64,000 nucleotides of DNA, taken from the IMG/VR virus record IMGVR_UViG_3300021961_000027. One strand, 5' to 3'. How positions within the stretch are numbered: the stretch's first letter is position 1; every line of letters starts with the position of its first letter. A model generated the notes under the pieces. The model was given only the letters and a program-made list of their open reading frames with translations, made no database searches and had not been told where the DNA came from. The stretch is from an uncultured virus (IMG/VR IMGVR_UViG_3300021961_000027). Taxonomy: Duplodnaviria > Heunggongvirae > Uroviricota > Caudoviricetes. A program made the position numbers and the translations under genes. Positions 47,889-56,688 of this stretch are shown piece by piece.

Positions 47889-49366
47889 GTGCTTATGCAG
47901 GCCCTGAGACTAATGATACTAATATTAATTTTTGTGTTGATGCCAGTAATCCAAAAAGTTACTCTGGAAGTGGTACTTCATGGATTGACTTAACACAAGG
48001 CAAAGTTGCAACTTTAACAAATGGCCCAACATATAGTTCAGATAATGGCGGATCTTTTACATTTGATGGTATAAACGATTTTGCAACTTTTTCTACAGTG
48101 CAAGTAACAACAAACTTAACAATAACTGCATGGATAAAAACAACTAGCACAGATTCGACTGCTTCATCTAGCGTTCCAGCTTTGCCAGTTGTTGGTGAAA
48201 CTGCAATCTCTATTTGGTACAGTTTTGGCATTACAGGCGGAAAAGTAAGATATTACAATGCCAAAAAAGATGGAGTTTGGTCATATTATGATTCCACAGC
48301 TTCCGTTAATAATGGCATTTGGAGACACATTGCTGTCACTCATTCAAGCACTAGTGAACAAGTAAAATTGTATGTTGACGGAGTTCTTGATTCAACTTTT
48401 AGTAATGCGGCTGCCGGCGGCGGGGCTTATTCAAATTATTTTGCTTTATATATGACTGCAAGTAAAATAGGAACGTCCTATGGTAGTGCAGATTTTTTTG
48501 ATGGCAGTATTGCAAGTGTAAAAATACTCAATCTATTGTATTCCGATGCTGATGTGGCTCAAGATTTTGCTTCTAATAGAGGAAGATTTAGGCCAACATT
48601 GCCAACTGGAGGCACAATCACATTATCAGAAGGATACAGAATCCATACTTTCACAAGTAGTTCTACTTTTGCAACAAATGATTTTGGAGGACAAGTAGAC
48701 TATTTGATCGTTGGTGGAGGTGGTGGTGGAGGAGGCACTCTTTATCATGGTGGAGGAGGTGGAGCAGGAGGACTATTAAATTCAATTGCAACGCTTACTA
48801 CAGGAACTTCTTACACAGTAACAGTAGGAGGAGGTGGAGCAGGTATTACTGGAACTAACGGTAGTAATTCTTCTTTTAATTCGCAAACTGGCGTAGGAGG
48901 AGGTGGTGGTGGCGATAGTGATAGTGCTGGATCAAATGGCGGCTCTGGTGGCGGCTGCGGAGTCAGAAATGCAACTGTAGGGACTGGAACTTCTGGACAA
49001 GGCAACAACGGGGGCGCTGGAGTTACTTCTGCTGACTTTCCGAATTACGGCGCTGGCGGAGGTGGAGGCAGAGGAAGTACAGGAGCAAATGGCACTACTG
49101 TATCTGGAGGAGATGGAGGAACTGGTGCGCTTGTATGGGGCAGCCTTTATGCTGGTGGAGGTGGAGGAAGTGCGTATAATTGTGCTTGTTCTGGTGCTGG
49201 AGGCTCTGGAATTGGCGGTGCTGGGGCTTATGGGCCTGGAGCAGGCAATGGATCTACAAACACTGGATCTGGAGGCGGTGGAAGAGATTTCAGAGGTGCA
49301 GAAAACAAAGGCAGTGGAAATGGTGGTTCTGGCATAGTAATTATTAGATATAAATATCCATTTTAG
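47885..49366 (+). CDS. LamG/ConA-like domain fused to a glycine-rich fiber-like domain, member 17
   Basis: Start MSAYAGP; LamG unit, then GYRIHTFTSS...VDYLIVGGGGGGG...GGSGIVIIRY. Confidence 0.85.
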   Translation: MSAYAGPETNDTNINFCVDASNPKSYSGSGTSWIDLTQGKVATLTNGPTYSSDNGGSFTFDGINDFATFSTVQVTTNLTITAWIKTTSTDSTASSSVPALPVVGETAISIWYSFGITGGKVRYYNAKKDGVWSYYDSTASVNNGIWRHIAVTHSSTSEQVKLYVDGVLDSTFSNAAAGGGAYSNYFALYMTASKIGTSYGSADFFDGSIASVKILNLLYSDADVAQDFASNRGRFRPTLPTGGTITLSEGYRIHTFTSSSTFATNDFGGQVDYLIVGGGGGGGGTLYHGGGGGAGGLLNSIATLTTGTSYTVTVGGGGAGITGTNGSNSSFNSQTGVGGGGGGDSDSAGSNGGSGGGCGVRNATVGTGTSGQGNNGGAGVTSADFPNYGAGGGGGRGSTGANGTTVSGGDGGTGALVWGSLYAGGGGGSAYNCACSGAGGSGIGGAGAYGPGAGNGSTNTGSGGGGRDFRGAENKGSGNGGSGIVIIRYKYPF

Positions 49367-49376
49367 TGGTGTAAAC

Positions 49377-49739
49377 ATGGCACATTATGCAAAATTAGAC
49401 GAAAACAATATTGTTTTAGAAGTTGTTGTTATTGATGACAATGATGAAATGAAAAATGGCGTAACAGATGAAGAAACAGGCATACAATTTTGCCAAAGTT
49501 TATTCAATTACCCAAATTGGAAAAAAACATCATATAACAATAATATAAGAAAAAGGTATGCAGGAATTGGATTTACATACAATTCACAATACGATGCATT
49601 TATACCTCCAAAACCTTTCAATAGTTGGTTATTTGATGAAGAAGAATTAAATTGGAAAGCTCCTGTTCCTATTCCAGATAATGTAAATCCATATTATTGG
49701 AATGAAAATACAACTGGCTGGATTATCATAAATCCATAA
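49377..49739 (+). CDS. small phage protein of the type often found after glycine-rich fiber genes (possible assembly chaperone)
   Basis: MAHYAKLDENNIVLEVVV...WKKTSYN..RKRYAGIG..Y....DAFIPPKPF.SW. Confidence 0.7.
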   Translation: MAHYAKLDENNIVLEVVVIDDNDEMKNGVTDEETGIQFCQSLFNYPNWKKTSYNNNIRKRYAGIGFTYNSQYDAFIPPKPFNSWLFDEEELNWKAPVPIPDNVNPYYWNENTTGWIIINP

Positions 49740-50097
49740 TTTTATGAGTTTTTACTCTTTCCCACATTAGCTTGCCAGTAATTGGATCTTTTCCTTTTCT
49801 ATTAGTAGGACTGCTATTTATTGATCTACAGGTGTATGAATAGTATTTGCCTTGTTGCTGATATTCATCTTTTTCGCCAATGTACTGCCACTCATCAACA
49901 AGTTGGTATTTGCTTCCACCAGTTGCTCTGATGAGTACAGTTGTCTCATTTTCTAATTTAACCGCAATCATATTGTAGGAAGGACGATAGGCAAAATTTG
50001 TTCTGGTGTATATTAACGGAGGAGTGCGATTCTTGCGGAAAAAAACTAGATCACAGCCATGTGAAACTTTCTCAAACATATACACCTCCATTCTCAT
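49726..50097 (-). CDS. hypothetical protein
   Basis: 123-aa ORF; internal GGAGG SD before MFEK suggests a slightly later start. Confidence 0.6.
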   Translation of the reverse strand: MRMEVYMFEKVSHGCDLVFFRKNRTPPLIYTRTNFAYRPSYNMIAVKLENETTVLIRATGGSKYQLVDEWQYIGEKDEYQQQGKYYSYTCRSINSSPTNRKGKDPITGKLMWERVKTHKIMDL

Positions 50098-50108
50098 TAT
50101 AAAAATTT

Positions 50109-50801
50109 TTAGGATCTAAACCAGTCTGGTCTAATTCTTTTTATCTCTTCGGTAAATCCTTGATCATAGGATCGTGAATTTGGATTTATGTAACATGGAA
50201 GAATTTTACCTAACTTTGTGTTTTTAGATGAACGTCTTTTTTCTCCATTTTTAGCTAGTAGCAGCAATTCATCTTTCTGCTGCTGTGTTCTTATATGGGG
50301 AAACCAATCTGGTCTGATTTTTATCATTTCCGAGTATAAATTTTCATCGAATCCTTTCTTACATGGGCATGTATAATATTCTAATTTATGGTGGTCTTTA
50401 CTATTCTTTGCAGGTCTCGGTGCCCCAGATTTTGCTAAATCTAAAAGCCTACTTTTTTCTTTTTCTATCCTCATTTCAGGAAACCATTCTGGCCTTATTG
50501 TTTTAAGCATTTCAGTAAATTCAGGATCGTAATTAGTTTTTTTACTGCAAGTGACTTCGGCTAAAAATCTTCCTAACTTTGTCTTCCATGATGGTCTGCT
50601 TTCACCTTTGTTAGCTAAAGATAAAATATCTTCCTTTTTTTGATCACTCGGCTTTTTCATGACCAGCAAATAATCAATTCCTTCTTCTTTCATAGAATCA
50701 ATTATTTGCTGGTCAAGTTTCCCAGCGTTATATAATTTTCTATAATAAATTAACTTCCTCCTACACTTGTGAGCAAAATCAACGAAAGTAAGTTTACGCA
50801 T
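50109..50801 (-). CDS. repeat protein (three repeats of about 60 aa ending IRP.WF)
   Basis: LL.LAK.G..RP...D..F.E...IRP.WF three times; N-terminus resembles the 20.5-23.9 kb family. Confidence 0.75.
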   Translation of the reverse strand: MRKLTFVDFAHKCRRKLIYYRKLYNAGKLDQQIIDSMKEEGIDYLLVMKKPSDQKKEDILSLANKGESRPSWKTKLGRFLAEVTCSKKTNYDPEFTEMLKTIRPEWFPEMRIEKEKSRLLDLAKSGAPRPAKNSKDHHKLEYYTCPCKKGFDENLYSEMIKIRPDWFPHIRTQQQKDELLLLAKNGEKRRSSKNTKLGKILPCYINPNSRSYDQGFTEEIKRIRPDWFRS

Positions 50802-50803
50802 GA

Positions 50804-52897
50804 TTAGTCCAACAAATGTCTCATTTGTCTTGGATAACGCTTTAGCATGTAATATGCTGCCAACAAAGTTTCTGGCTCTTCAAGACCAGCCATATATAGG
50901 AATCTGCTCCTCAGAGCGTCTGGCTTGTTGAATCCTTGATAATCTTTATCAACAGCACCATCGCAAACTTGAAGCATCTTTTCAAGCCCATCTTTAATTT
51001 GTTGTTCGATTTTCGGAGTCATAACAGGCTCCGCAATCTTTCCTCCACAACGCTTCCTTTCGCTTTCAAGTATGACTTTTACTTTAGCCATGCCTTCCAG
51101 TTTAGGATTGAGTTTAGCAAGTTCTTTCTCTGCCTTCTCTTGTGACAAGCGATAAGCTTCTTCCATACGAGAATTGAACTCTTCTTCTGTCTCTCCCTTA
51201 ACTTCCTTTCGTTCAACAGCTTTTACTTCAACAAAGCTATCAACTGCTTGATGAAACATAGCAATTTTGCTAGCAAGCAATTTATTAATATGAATGTCTA
51301 GTGGATGATTACTTACAAGCCTAACGACTTCGCACGGCTTGGTTTGTCCAAGGCGACAAGTACGATCTTCCGCTTGGGCATTTAAAGCAGGAGTCCAATC
51401 AAGGTCAACAAAAATTGTCTTCCAAGCATGAGTAAGAGTAAGGCCAGTACCACCAGCTTGGATGGTAAGAGCGATACCTTTCAACTTGCCATCTTGAAAG
51501 TCTTCAACAATCTTTTGTCGCTGTTTAGGATTAACATCGCCAGTAATAATAGCCCAACCTTCCCTTTTGCCAAGAGCCTCAATAGGTGTTTTGTGGGCAC
51601 TAAAAACAACAAGAGGAATTTCTTCTTCTTCATGTTCTGCAACAATTTCAAGCAATGCTGGGATACGACTTTCAGCAAGACTAGCACGAAGAGCAGAAAA
51701 TTCCTCAAAAGGAGGCAGAGTTCCCATTTCCACAATATCAAGCCAATCTTCTCCCATTTTATCCATCTTGACTTTCAATTCAGTAGAAAGTCCATTGACT
51801 TCAAGAGTGGTATAAGACTTCTTTGGTAGGTCTGGAAGAACTTCTTCACGCCTACGGCGAAGCATCACACGACGAAGTTTTTCTGGAACTTCTGGTGCAA
51901 TTCCGTAGAAGCTGTAACCGCCCCAGCGGTTTTTAGCTCCACCAAAAGCACGAAGGAAACCACCAAACGAACCGAATGTTTCTTTTTCTAAGTGAAGACA
52001 AGATAAAACGCCAAATAGATCGAAAGGCCGATTCATCAATGGAGTGCCAGTCAAACCGAAAACCTTGGTTGCTTTATTAGCCAAGGCTTTAACAGCTTTA
52101 TGCCTTTTTGTTTTATAGCTTTTGCAAGCATGAACTTCATCACAGACTAATTGAAAGTCTGGATGAGAAGACCATTCTTCAAAAGATTCTGGCAAAATGT
52201 CATAATTAACAATAATAACTTCGCCAGCCTTGGGCATCATAAACGCACCACGGCCTTCGATAAGCCTAACAGAAAGTTCTGGCCTCCATTCAGCACATTC
52301 TTTTTTCCAGTTATATTTAAGGCTAGCTGGACAAACTACGATTGTGCCCATAGAAGAGTCCAAGGCACAAAGAGTTTGCACTGTCTTGCCAGTTCCCATT
52401 TCATCGCCAAGCAAAGCACGATTTTTAGAAGCTAGGAATGCGGTGCCATCAATTTGAAATGGCAAAAGTTGTTTGCCAGACAAGCTCTCACGACTGACTA
52501 CTGGTTCAATTTTAGAAATAATAGTATTAACGGTTTCTTTTTGCTTATCAATAATTGACTGATCAATTTTCAATCCAAGACGAGTGCATACTTCAACAAC
52601 TCTTTGAATGTGTTCTGGAGAAAGGCTAACATTCCAACACTTTTCTTGACCATTCCATCTCGCAAGAGGAAGGCTACGCAACATAGCAACATTTTCACGA
52701 GAATATGGGCAGTAAATGTCGCCATTTTCTGTGATTTCAGCACGGACATTTACTTCTTGCTTCTTAATTGGGCAGCAAGTAGTGCAGTAAGTCTTCCACA
52801 TGTTATCATCAGAACAAACAGCGAACCCTTCCGCCACAGCAACTTTGAGAGTGCAATTAGCACAAGATTTAGCATACTTATTGACAATACAACGCAT
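50804..52897 (-). CDS. SNF2/SMARCAL1-like helicase
   Basis: LGDEMGTGKT, VCPASLKYNW, CDEVH, LTGTP, AGGTGLTL, QAEDRTCRLGQ; N-terminal CxxC. Confidence 0.92.
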   Translation of the reverse strand: MRCIVNKYAKSCANCTLKVAVAEGFAVCSDDNMWKTYCTTCCPIKKQEVNVRAEITENGDIYCPYSRENVAMLRSLPLARWNGQEKCWNVSLSPEHIQRVVEVCTRLGLKIDQSIIDKQKETVNTIISKIEPVVSRESLSGKQLLPFQIDGTAFLASKNRALLGDEMGTGKTVQTLCALDSSMGTIVVCPASLKYNWKKECAEWRPELSVRLIEGRGAFMMPKAGEVIIVNYDILPESFEEWSSHPDFQLVCDEVHACKSYKTKRHKAVKALANKATKVFGLTGTPLMNRPFDLFGVLSCLHLEKETFGSFGGFLRAFGGAKNRWGGYSFYGIAPEVPEKLRRVMLRRRREEVLPDLPKKSYTTLEVNGLSTELKVKMDKMGEDWLDIVEMGTLPPFEEFSALRASLAESRIPALLEIVAEHEEEEIPLVVFSAHKTPIEALGKREGWAIITGDVNPKQRQKIVEDFQDGKLKGIALTIQAGGTGLTLTHAWKTIFVDLDWTPALNAQAEDRTCRLGQTKPCEVVRLVSNHPLDIHINKLLASKIAMFHQAVDSFVEVKAVERKEVKGETEEEFNSRMEEAYRLSQEKAEKELAKLNPKLEGMAKVKVILESERKRCGGKIAEPVMTPKIEQQIKDGLEKMLQVCDGAVDKDYQGFNKPDALRSRFLYMAGLEEPETLLAAYYMLKRYPRQMRHLLD

Positions 52898-52899
52898 AC

Positions 52900-53142
52900 T
52901 TAGTTCTCCAATATAAAGTAGGAATCACCGGGATCACAAATATCAATCTCTACTGAAGTAGTGATCAGGTCAGAAACTCTATACATAGTATCATTTTCAG
53001 ATACCATAACATAACAATCTAATTCTTTATCAGACATCTCTGATAGTCTATTCAATAATTTTCTATAAGTGAATCCACGAACAAGTTTGAGTTTGGGCTT
53101 TCTTTTAGCAAAAAAATAATCAACAAGAGTCTTAAGTTTCAT
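52900..53142 (-). CDS. hypothetical protein
   Basis: Likely start MKLKTL downstream of motif copy 10. Confidence 0.6.
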   Translation of the reverse strand: MKLKTLVDYFFAKRKPKLKLVRGFTYRKLLNRLSEMSDKELDCYVMVSENDTMYRVSDLITTSVEIDICDPGDSYFILEN

Positions 53143-53353
53143 TTCTGTTTCCTTCTTCAGGGCCGACAACTGTAACAAGCGCCGGATCGATTATCGCACA
53201 GCTTTGATTTACAATTTTTTCGGCCTTGCACACGATCTCAAAGCATGGCAAACATAAAAAATTACCTTTATGATATAACGAATCATAATATCCATCATAA
53301 AACATAAATTCTTTTTTGCACCTTTGGCAAGTAGATGGAGTATTCATCATCAA
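53132..53353 (-). CDS. small CxxC protein
   Basis: CQRC...CLPC; reads through motif copy 10. Confidence 0.55.
   Translation of the reverse strand: MMMNTPSTCQRCKKEFMFYDGYYDSLYHKGNFLCLPCFEIVCKAEKIVNQSCAIIDPALVTVVGPEEGNRNET
53173..53198 (-). promoter_or_regulatory. 26-nt junction motif, copy 10
   Basis: TGCGATAATCGATCCGGCGCTTGTTA. Confidence 0.78.
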
Positions 53354-53808
53354 AGGTCTATATCTTTGACTTGTTTACACAGCTTCTTATACTTGCCCAT
53401 ACTACTATGCAAAGTCTCCATAAATTCTTCCATCATAGGAAGTGTAAGAAGTAGATCATCAAGTTTGTAACCTAGTCCAAGCAACCATATCTCAAGCGAT
53501 CCAAATGTATTGAGAAATTCTTCGCTATCTTCGTATCCTTCTGGCATGGCTTCTTTGACATGTGTTGTTGGAGCCAAAAGATGAAGTAGCCCACTTTCTG
53601 TAAGTTTTTTACAGAAGGCAACAACTTCTGGTATATGCCAAAGTGATCTTTCATCTTTGCCATAACCATTTATTGTAATTGTTGCTACGCCAGAGTGTTT
53701 TTTAGAATCGCAATATACTTTTTGGACTAGAATATCCATGTCTGATTCAGTAATGTCTGCATCTAGACAATATACACGAAGTCCAATTTCATCATTCTTG
53801 TTTTCCAT
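53350..53808 (-). CDS. hypothetical protein
   Basis: AAGGAG SD. Confidence 0.7.
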   Translation of the reverse strand: MENKNDEIGLRVYCLDADITESDMDILVQKVYCDSKKHSGVATITINGYGKDERSLWHIPEVVAFCKKLTESGLLHLLAPTTHVKEAMPEGYEDSEEFLNTFGSLEIWLLGLGYKLDDLLLTLPMMEEFMETLHSSMGKYKKLCKQVKDIDL

Positions 53809-53991
53809 AACAAACTCCTTTGTTATTTTGTATATCTGGTAGTTTTTTGTCTGAAATATTTCATTTGGATTTTATCGTATGCAATAAAAATCCCACAAAA
53901 AAGCACCAGATGATATCCTATGAAAAACCCGGCCAGAAATTTTGTGCAGAGCTTCCCCATGACATCATGGTAGAGGAAATTTACAAAAAAA

Positions 53992-54549
53992 CTAAAAATT
54001 TACCGAAGATTCCCGCAAATGAGCAAAATACTGCTCAATGAACTCGTTAAATTCTGTGCGACTCAAAGAGTATAATTTTCTCAATTCGGATTTCTTTTTA
54101 AATATTTCTGGATACGAAAAAACATTATGTTGTGCAAACTCTTTTGCAAAGTTCTTGATTTGTATAAATCTTTGTTGTCTTCGGATTCTAGTTTCTGCTT
54201 GTTCTTTCTCTTGAATTATATTTGAGCATGTCTGTTGCACTACTTCAACAACAGCATTCAATCTCCTGCTCATGAATCCATTTACTTCACAATTGGATCG
54301 GTAATGATCTTCCGACATGACAGTCACAAGTGTTTTTTGTTTTTGTTCGTTGCAAGCAACAATAAAGACTATTTTATATTCTAAATTGATGAATACTTCG
54401 GTTTGTGGTGTCCAAACGCCATACGGATTTTTATTTCGGAATAAATCTTCGATACTGATTTGAATCTCTGGGAATCTTTCCCAAAGCCTTCTTCTTGCGT
54501 GTTCAGAGATACGCATGGCAACCTCCATGTTAGACATCATTATAGCCAA
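53992..54549 (-). CDS. hypothetical protein, N-terminus resembling RelE/DUF4258-like RNase folds
   Basis: ISEHARRRLWER...VFIV...LVTV pattern; GGAGG SD before MRISEH. Confidence 0.45.
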   Translation of the reverse strand: MAIMMSNMEVAMRISEHARRRLWERFPEIQISIEDLFRNKNPYGVWTPQTEVFINLEYKIVFIVACNEQKQKTLVTVMSEDHYRSNCEVNGFMSRRLNAVVEVVQQTCSNIIQEKEQAETRIRRQQRFIQIKNFAKEFAQHNVFSYPEIFKKKSELRKLYSLSRTEFNEFIEQYFAHLRESSVNF

Positions 54550-54590
54550 GCCATTGCCAAAAAAAATTGGACGGGGGTAGATACTTTGGG

Positions 54591-55157
54591 ATGTTTTTTT
54601 TGATAAAAAATTGGATCAGGGATAAGATCGTAAAATTAATATTGTCCCTGTGTTTTTCGTGGGTTTACGATAATTCGATAAAACCTATAACCGATATCTT
54701 CTATGGGCAATTAGAAAATGAGGGATTCTTTTTTGTCGCACAAGCAAAAAGAATGGGCATCAAGGAAATTGTTCAAAGAACAATAGAAGCAAAAGATATT
54801 TTTAGACTTTATAATGACTTGCCAACAACTGATCATGTGATGTATTACGAGGTGAGAGACGATTACACCCCCTATTTAAAACTTATGCATGTTGGAGCTG
54901 CTTATTTGCACCAAAAAGAAGTTGCAGCTACTTCTTTCTTAGCCAAACAAGAGTATCTAAGACAGAAAGAAGTTATTAATAAAAACATGAAAATTTATGA
55001 TCTAATGGATGATTTACGCAGACCATACATATGGCTTTACACTCGAAGAATTAAATTAGCAGAACTTAAGGAATTAACTGGTAGTACGGATTACTACCAG
55101 TTAAAAATTCCTCCAATCATACCACCAGAATTTATACCGCCGTACAGAGAGCCTTAG
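54591..55157 (+). CDS. hypothetical protein
   Basis: ORF of about 188 aa, likely start MFFLIK. Confidence 0.65.
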   Translation: MFFLIKNWIRDKIVKLILSLCFSWVYDNSIKPITDIFYGQLENEGFFFVAQAKRMGIKEIVQRTIEAKDIFRLYNDLPTTDHVMYYEVRDDYTPYLKLMHVGAAYLHQKEVAATSFLAKQEYLRQKEVINKNMKIYDLMDDLRRPYIWLYTRRIKLAELKELTGSTDYYQLKIPPIIPPEFIPPYREP

Positions 55158-55933
55158 TTTTTTCTGTACACATCAGAAGCTTGTGTGTAATCAGCTCTTT
55201 TCTTGATTAGTTCTAGAATTTCAGGATCATTTGCTTGCTCTTTATGTGGGGCAAAAAGAGCCTTCTTCCTATTATCAGTATCTCCGAAAGGAACACAGTT
55301 ATAATAAACAGCCAAAGAGTTTCTTGATTTGTCAGGAGGACAAGTTACAGGATCTGGCAAACCGTGCCAAGAGTTTTGTGTTGTATCAAAGATGACGGCC
55401 CTATTAAACAAGCAAGGAACTTCTTTTGCTAATTTGCCGGGGCCATTCGTTTCTGCGTCATGCTCCCACAAACCTAATGAACCATTCCATTCTGGCAACC
55501 AATCTGGGGTCATGTAAACAATTATATTGAGTCTTCTCATTAATTTTGTTTTCGGATGAATTGTATAATCTAGGTGTGTGTTAAGTTTGCCGCCTGCCTT
55601 GTGACAATGCATGCCACCACCATGAAGGCCATAGTCTGGCACTAGAGTATCACCAGCTAATTGTTCCATTTCAGCATTGACTGAATTAGAACAAAGCATA
55701 GATATTGCTCTATAAATTGAAGATGGAAATTTATTCCAATCTGATAAGGCTTTTTTGATTTCTATCTGGTTTTGATATTCAAACCAGAAGTTGCCATTTG
55801 GATCGGGAAAATCTGCTGCTACTTCTTTTGCAAATTCATCTGTAAAAAAGTTATCTAAAACAATATGATGAAATGGTTTGGCATTATCCCATGCAAGCTT
55901 ATTTTCTGGAGTAAATATTTTTCTGCTTATCAT
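55154..55933 (-). CDS. 2OG-Fe(II) oxygenase
   Basis: PFHHIVLDNF, GGGMH, HLD, WHG, RNSLA motifs; GAGGTG SD. Confidence 0.9.
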   Translation of the reverse strand: MISRKIFTPENKLAWDNAKPFHHIVLDNFFTDEFAKEVAADFPDPNGNFWFEYQNQIEIKKALSDWNKFPSSIYRAISMLCSNSVNAEMEQLAGDTLVPDYGLHGGGMHCHKAGGKLNTHLDYTIHPKTKLMRRLNIIVYMTPDWLPEWNGSLGLWEHDAETNGPGKLAKEVPCLFNRAVIFDTTQNSWHGLPDPVTCPPDKSRNSLAVYYNCVPFGDTDNRKKALFAPHKEQANDPEILELIKKRADYTQASDVYRKN

Positions 55934-56311
55934 TTTGCACCTCAATAAATTATATCTGTAATTTAAAAGAGAACAAAATGGTGAGAAATACAAATTTAGG
56001 CGCATATTTTTGTAGTTTTGTGCCCATTTGCAATTGTTTTAAGGCCAGACAATCATTTAATTGAGTCATGCTGCATTCTTTGCTCACGGATAAAATTTCG
56101 CATGGATACTGAAGACCTAGACCTGCTGGAAGCTCTCGACAGGGAAAGATGTAAGGAAAAGTACATTCAAAATATAAGAATTAAAACAAGATCAAACTTA
56201 CAACCAGTAATCTGGCTTATAGTTGCGCCAATTGGCTTATTTGCAACTATAATTTTTTTGCTTGTTTTACTAATAGTATCAAAATTCAATTAAACTTATG
56301 GGGGCCAGAAA

Positions 56312-56491
56312 ATGAAATGGCATTTCAAAGCTGACAGTTATATGAATTGTTGGAATAGACAATTTTCTAACAGCACCTTGTTTGAATATGAATATCCAAT
56401 TACAATCTCATGTTTATTCAAAAACAATCTCTGTGTTATGTATGAATATGCAATAGGCTCCAGAGCAAAAATGTGGGAGCGTGAAATTTGA
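56312..56491 (+). CDS. small aromatic-rich protein (59 aa, below the ORF-track cutoff)
   Basis: MKWHFKADSYMNCWNRQFSNSTLF...MWEREI; stop overlaps the next start. Confidence 0.45.
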   Translation: MKWHFKADSYMNCWNRQFSNSTLFEYEYPITISCLFKNNLCVMYEYAIGSRAKMWEREI

Positions 56492-56688
56492 AAGGTATTT
56501 TCAAGACATCTTGGAATATGCCAAGTTTGACTTTTGATGGCACTTACATTGTCATAAGGCATGCACAAAAAGACACAAGTTGTTGTTGGACAAGAGTCCT
56601 TTCTTTTTCAATTGCCTTTTGTGATGCGCCTAAAAGTTATTTCTATATAAGGACAAACCAGAATGTTCACTTTAGAAGAAGCGTTTAA
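56488..56688 (+). CDS. small aromatic-rich hypothetical protein
   Basis: 66-aa ORF overlapping both neighbours. Confidence 0.45.
   Translation: MKGIFKTSWNMPSLTFDGTYIVIRHAQKDTSCCWTRVLSFSIAFCDAPKSYFYIRTNQNVHFRRSV

Noticed and set aside
32331..49366. Diversity-generating retroelement or Rci-type shufflon behind the LamG variation
   Set aside because: No reverse transcriptase, no TR/VR pair differing only at adenines and no site-specific recombinase in this window; every member is a complete gene. Such elements elsewhere in the genome cannot be excluded
2016..53198. 26-nt motif as integron attC sites or CRISPR repeats
   Set aside because: Too short and not palindromic for attC, with no integrase visible; copies are separated by whole genes, not 30-40 nt spacers, and no cas genes are present
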